Source of the DNA: Saccostrea echinata
Lineage: Eukaryota
Assembly: GCF_033153115.1 (NCBI RefSeq)
Contig: NW_026889764.1
Span: 1,612,001-1,676,000 of the forward strand
DNA length: 64,000 nucleotides
Direction of reading: 5' to 3'
The notes beneath the pieces are model-generated. The model saw only the letters and a program-made list of their open reading frames with translations, had not been told where the DNA came from and did not search any database. Positions 60,358-64,000 of this stretch are shown here, one piece after another. Position numbers and translations under genes: made by a program. Position 1 is the stretch's first letter, and each line of letters begins with the position of its first letter.

Positions 60358-62800
60358 TATAGACAATAGACAATATAGACAATATTTATTTTCCAATCAA
60401 GGGCCCCCAGAGAGGCATGAAAGATACATTAGTAGACAAAGGCAGTACATTATCAATAAGGAGATAAATTTAAAAAAAAAATGTAAAAGTAAAATACATA
60501 CATTGCAAGTTGTTGTGCTTTACAATGTCATATTAAACGATTAGAGAGGTAGTTTCCAAGTTGAAGTAAAACATTCATATTTTCACATGTAATGATCCAA
60601 AAATATTTTTGAGAACTATCTAAGCTATTAAAACTTTTATTATGTTTCTGTGCTTCATTTATAAGTTTGGTTCTTTTTTCTTTGTAAAAAGGACAATCTA
60701 TGGTAAAATGTATTTCATTTTCCACTACATTCAAATGACATTTTTCACATATTCTTTTATCTCTTTCTAGTCCAATATATCTACCAGTTTCAATTTTTAG
60801 CCTGTGAGAAGATATTCGTAATCTGGTTATGCCCCTTCTAAAGTCAAAGTTATTCAGTAATGTTAAATATTCTTCACATTGGAAATTACTCATAAGATTT
60901 ACATAAGAATCCAGTTTTCCAGAAGAACTTTTTTCTTTAGAATTGAACCAAGAGCAAATAAACTTTTTGCGGATTTGATGATTGATGACAATTTTGAATT
61001 TAGATAGACTCAAAGAGGAGGCATTTTTTGATATTTCTAAAATATTCAAAAATTCAAGTATACAAGAGAACCAGGAGTCTCTACTTGTACTAAGTGTTTT
61101 GGAATTGATATAAGCATTGTACAGAAGAGAATTGTTATCAGAATTTTCCAATCTATGCCAATATAATAACATTGATTTTATGATATCAATATAATACGGA
61201 AATCTTTTAAGTTCTGACATTACTGCAAATTTTGCACTTTTCTTATGAACACCCAGTATAAATTTACAAAACTTCAAATGTAGCTTGTCAGGTTCTGAAA
61301 AATTATATACATTGTCAATTGAGATACCATTTCTGAATCGTGATGAATGAGGGCTAAACACACCCCATATTTTGCTGCCATATAACAGTATTGGCTTAAT
61401 TGTATGGTCAAAAATATGTAGACTAGTTTTAACAGGAGGATGAAAAGCTAAAATATCTTTACATAACTTAAAATAAAATTTCAAACCTTTTTTGTACAAT
61501 GCATCTTTAGCCTGCGAAAAAGTACCTGATGCAGTGAAATAAACACCAAGATATTTATAATTAGTAACATTTTCGAGTATACTATTATTCAATAAAAGTT
61601 TATTCTTCAACAATTTACCAGATTTATTAAAAACTAAGACTTTTGTTTTATCAACATTTACACTTAAACACCATTTTTGACAAAATTCATCTAATGTGTT
61701 TAGCTTTTGTTGAAGACCATTGGCTGAGGCTGATAACAGAACAACATCATCAGCATACAATAGACAATGTATTCCTAAATTATTAAGTGTACCAGGGTCC
61801 GGTGTACTAGACAACATATTTGGTAGATCATTAATAAATATTTTAAATAGATTTGGGCTCAGATTGTCCCCTTGTCTTACACCCAGTTGCGTATAGAAAG
61901 GTTTTGTTAAATAATTTCCTATTTGGATATGCGACCTGCTTTTGGAATACATATTTTTTATTAAATTGTAAAAATTACTTCCGACTCCTATTTGTAGAAG
62001 TTTTAACTTTACACAATCATGTAAGACATTGTCAAAAGCTTTACGGAAATCAACAAAACATGCATATAGCTTTCCTCCTTGATGACAATATTTCTCAACA
62101 AGAGATTTCAGAATGAACATATGATCAGATGTTCTACATGCTTTAGAAAAACCAATTTGGTATCTGCTTATGATATTGTTTTCTTCTAAAAATTTGTCCA
62201 ATCTCGAGTTTAAGATGGAGTTGAATAATTTACTTATGTTACTTGTTATTGTGATTCCTCTATAATTTGTAGGGTTACTTGGGTCACCTCCTTTGTGAAG
62301 AGATACCATATATCCATTGATCCAACAACTGGGGTATATACCATAAATAAGGCAGTTATTAAATAATTTTAAAAGACAATGATTAAAAACATGTTGACCA
62401 TATTTTAGCATTTCATTACAAACAAGGTCCAGACCAACAGCTTTATTATTTTTCAGTTTTTTGATAGCTTTAGATAATTCCCCTTCTGTTATCTTCATGT
62501 CCAACTCATTAAAGCACCTAAATTTTTCTAGATCTGCAATTAACTTGCTTTTTGATAATTTGAATACGGTCAGTAAAAGTGTTGTCAATTTTGTTTAATG
62601 AATTAAAGTGATCTAGCCATGTATCTGGGGATATTAAGTCAGCAAGAACTTTAGCGTCTCTATCGTTTCTTAATTTTGATAGCATACCCCAATAAGCTTT
62701 TGGATTATTTTTATGAAGTTCACTTATTTTGTTCAACATATCTGATTTAAATTTCCTTTGTTTATATTTTACAGTTTTAGAGTACTCTTTCAGTAGTCTG
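60358..62800 (-). mobile_element. 5'-truncated non-LTR retrotransposon (RTE-X/CR1-superclade-like) with RT and C-terminal Cys/His knuckle
   Basis: ORF 60528-62588: NYRGITI, YQIGF, FVDFRKAFD, GVRQGDNLSPNLF, LLYADD, YKYLG, RICEKC..ENEIHF..DC. An upstream frameshifted piece (62518-62739, NPKAYW). No APE domain present. 3' tail AATAAA+(ATTGTCT)n. Confidence 0.9.
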
Positions 62801-63304
62801 TATTACCCCACCTCTGATGATTTTTCGATGAAATCCTGGCTTACGATTGGTTGAAGTCTGTCACGTGAAGGGGGTGTATTACTTATACCTAGTCGCTTGA
62901 AAATCAATACATGGTTGATGCGGAGTTATCGTTCTTTTGTAACACTTCGAGCAACTCAAATGCACGAGGTTCGCGGGTATCTGTTGATAAGTAAAAAGTT
63001 AATCAACGTAAGTAACGAGATATAACCTTTTTCTCGCTTTACTGAAAGTCTTCGAAACAGTACTGTCAGTACGTTATGAAACACTCGCAAAACAACATTA
63101 CGTAACACAACGTGACGTCATAATAGGCATTGTATGAGAGATGAAACATATAGCAGAGAAAAACAATTTTACAAGCCACAGACAATACATAAATATTTCA
63201 TCGGTGGGGTAAATTCGTTACATAGTTTTGTAACTATGTAACTAATAATACCTGCCACGTACCTGTGGGATTCTAGGGAAAAAACTGAAGACTGTACTAA
63301 AAGA

Positions 63305-64000
63305 AATATATGGAGATAACGAACAGTATTCAAGCTCAAAAGTCCATTAATCAATACAAAATAGGAGCAGAGCAAACACGGACCTCCAAACATCAGAGGT
63401 GGGACCAGGTGCCATGGAGGAGTGAGCATCCCCTGCCGACCGGTCACACCCGCCGTGTGCTCCTTGTCATGATCGGGAATTAAAGGACAAATCCGTCGAC
63501 AATTCAGTGTGTAAATAATGGCCTAACAATTAGTATGAAAAACGTCAGTCAGCATTTGACTCAATGATAAATTGTATTTGCTGACAAGGTCATTGTATCG
63601 ACCAAAGAACTTACGAAATGATGAATTTAAACGAGACAGCTGATATTCTTGTTTCATCAACTTATTTGTCAAAAATTTACCTCGTTTTAGAAATTGTACA
63701 TACGTAGAGCATGCTCCTGCGTATCGAATCAACTGAGAGATATATACCCCGTATGCAGGTGATGAAGGTATATGGCTGCATAAGTAAGGGAAGTTGACGA
63801 TCGAAAAGTTAAAGTCATCACGTTTATCATAAAGCTTGGTTGTTAGATTACCATTAACGTCTTTTTCAAGTAAAATATCCAAATATGAAACTGATGTGTC
63901 AGACTCTGTGGTATCTTTTATCTCAAGTTCACCAGGATATATCGTATCGACATAAGAATGAAAATAGCCATTGTTGATTGACAATACGTCGTCGATATAT
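63305..64000 (-). mobile_element. Penelope-like (Naiad-type) RT C-terminus plus 3' module; continues beyond the window
   Basis: [59 protein letters not shown]. The ORF stops after the thumb with no C-terminal GIY-YIG. Confidence 0.9.

Noticed and set aside
63385-63430. Hammerhead, pistol or HDV ribozyme assignment for the 3' module
   Set aside because: CTGATG is not followed by A and has no GAAA partner. GATCAGGTGC and CTCCTC resemble pistol and HDV fragments, but I could not build the required helices by eye.
63440-63475. SECIS element in the Penelope-like 3' UTR (CATGAC motif)
   Set aside because: No unpaired AA 11-12 nt after ATGA, no matching SECIS helix, and no in-frame TGA in the visible ORF.

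Overview
AT-rich eukaryotic genomic DNA. The repeat families suggest a bivalve mollusc, probably an oyster (inference). Most short ORFs in the supplied track are noise; the real genes are spliced, and I rebuilt them by hand from splice sites and reading phase. Genes in order: (1) intronless sarcoplasmic Ca-binding-protein-like EF-hand gene (+); (2) a ~14 kb Delta/Serrate-like type-I membrane protein gene (-) with three chained DSL-like units, 15 EGF repeats in one exon, a TM helix and an NPxY/YxxM/PDZ tail; (3) AMDHD1 imidazolonepropionase (+); (4) CFAP100/CCDC37-like (-) with two 157-nt mutually exclusive exons; (5) RPP30 (+) with a U12-type intron; (6) a secreted short-chain collagen C4-like gene (-) with a 1-nt frameshift. 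Repeats: about nine remnants of a Penelope-like element whose ORF ends after the RT (Naiad-type), a LINE plus a truncated relative, three Helentron-type non-autonomous elements, several MITEs/TIR elements, minisatellites and a 132-bp TG..CA element containing a tRNA-like core. Strongest candidates for something new: a conserved, apparently structured ~110-nt RNA module at the 3' end of the Penelope-like copies (possible ribozyme or priming element), the multi-DSL receptor-like Notch-ligand relative, and recurrent tandem duplication of exon ends together with their 5' splice sites.
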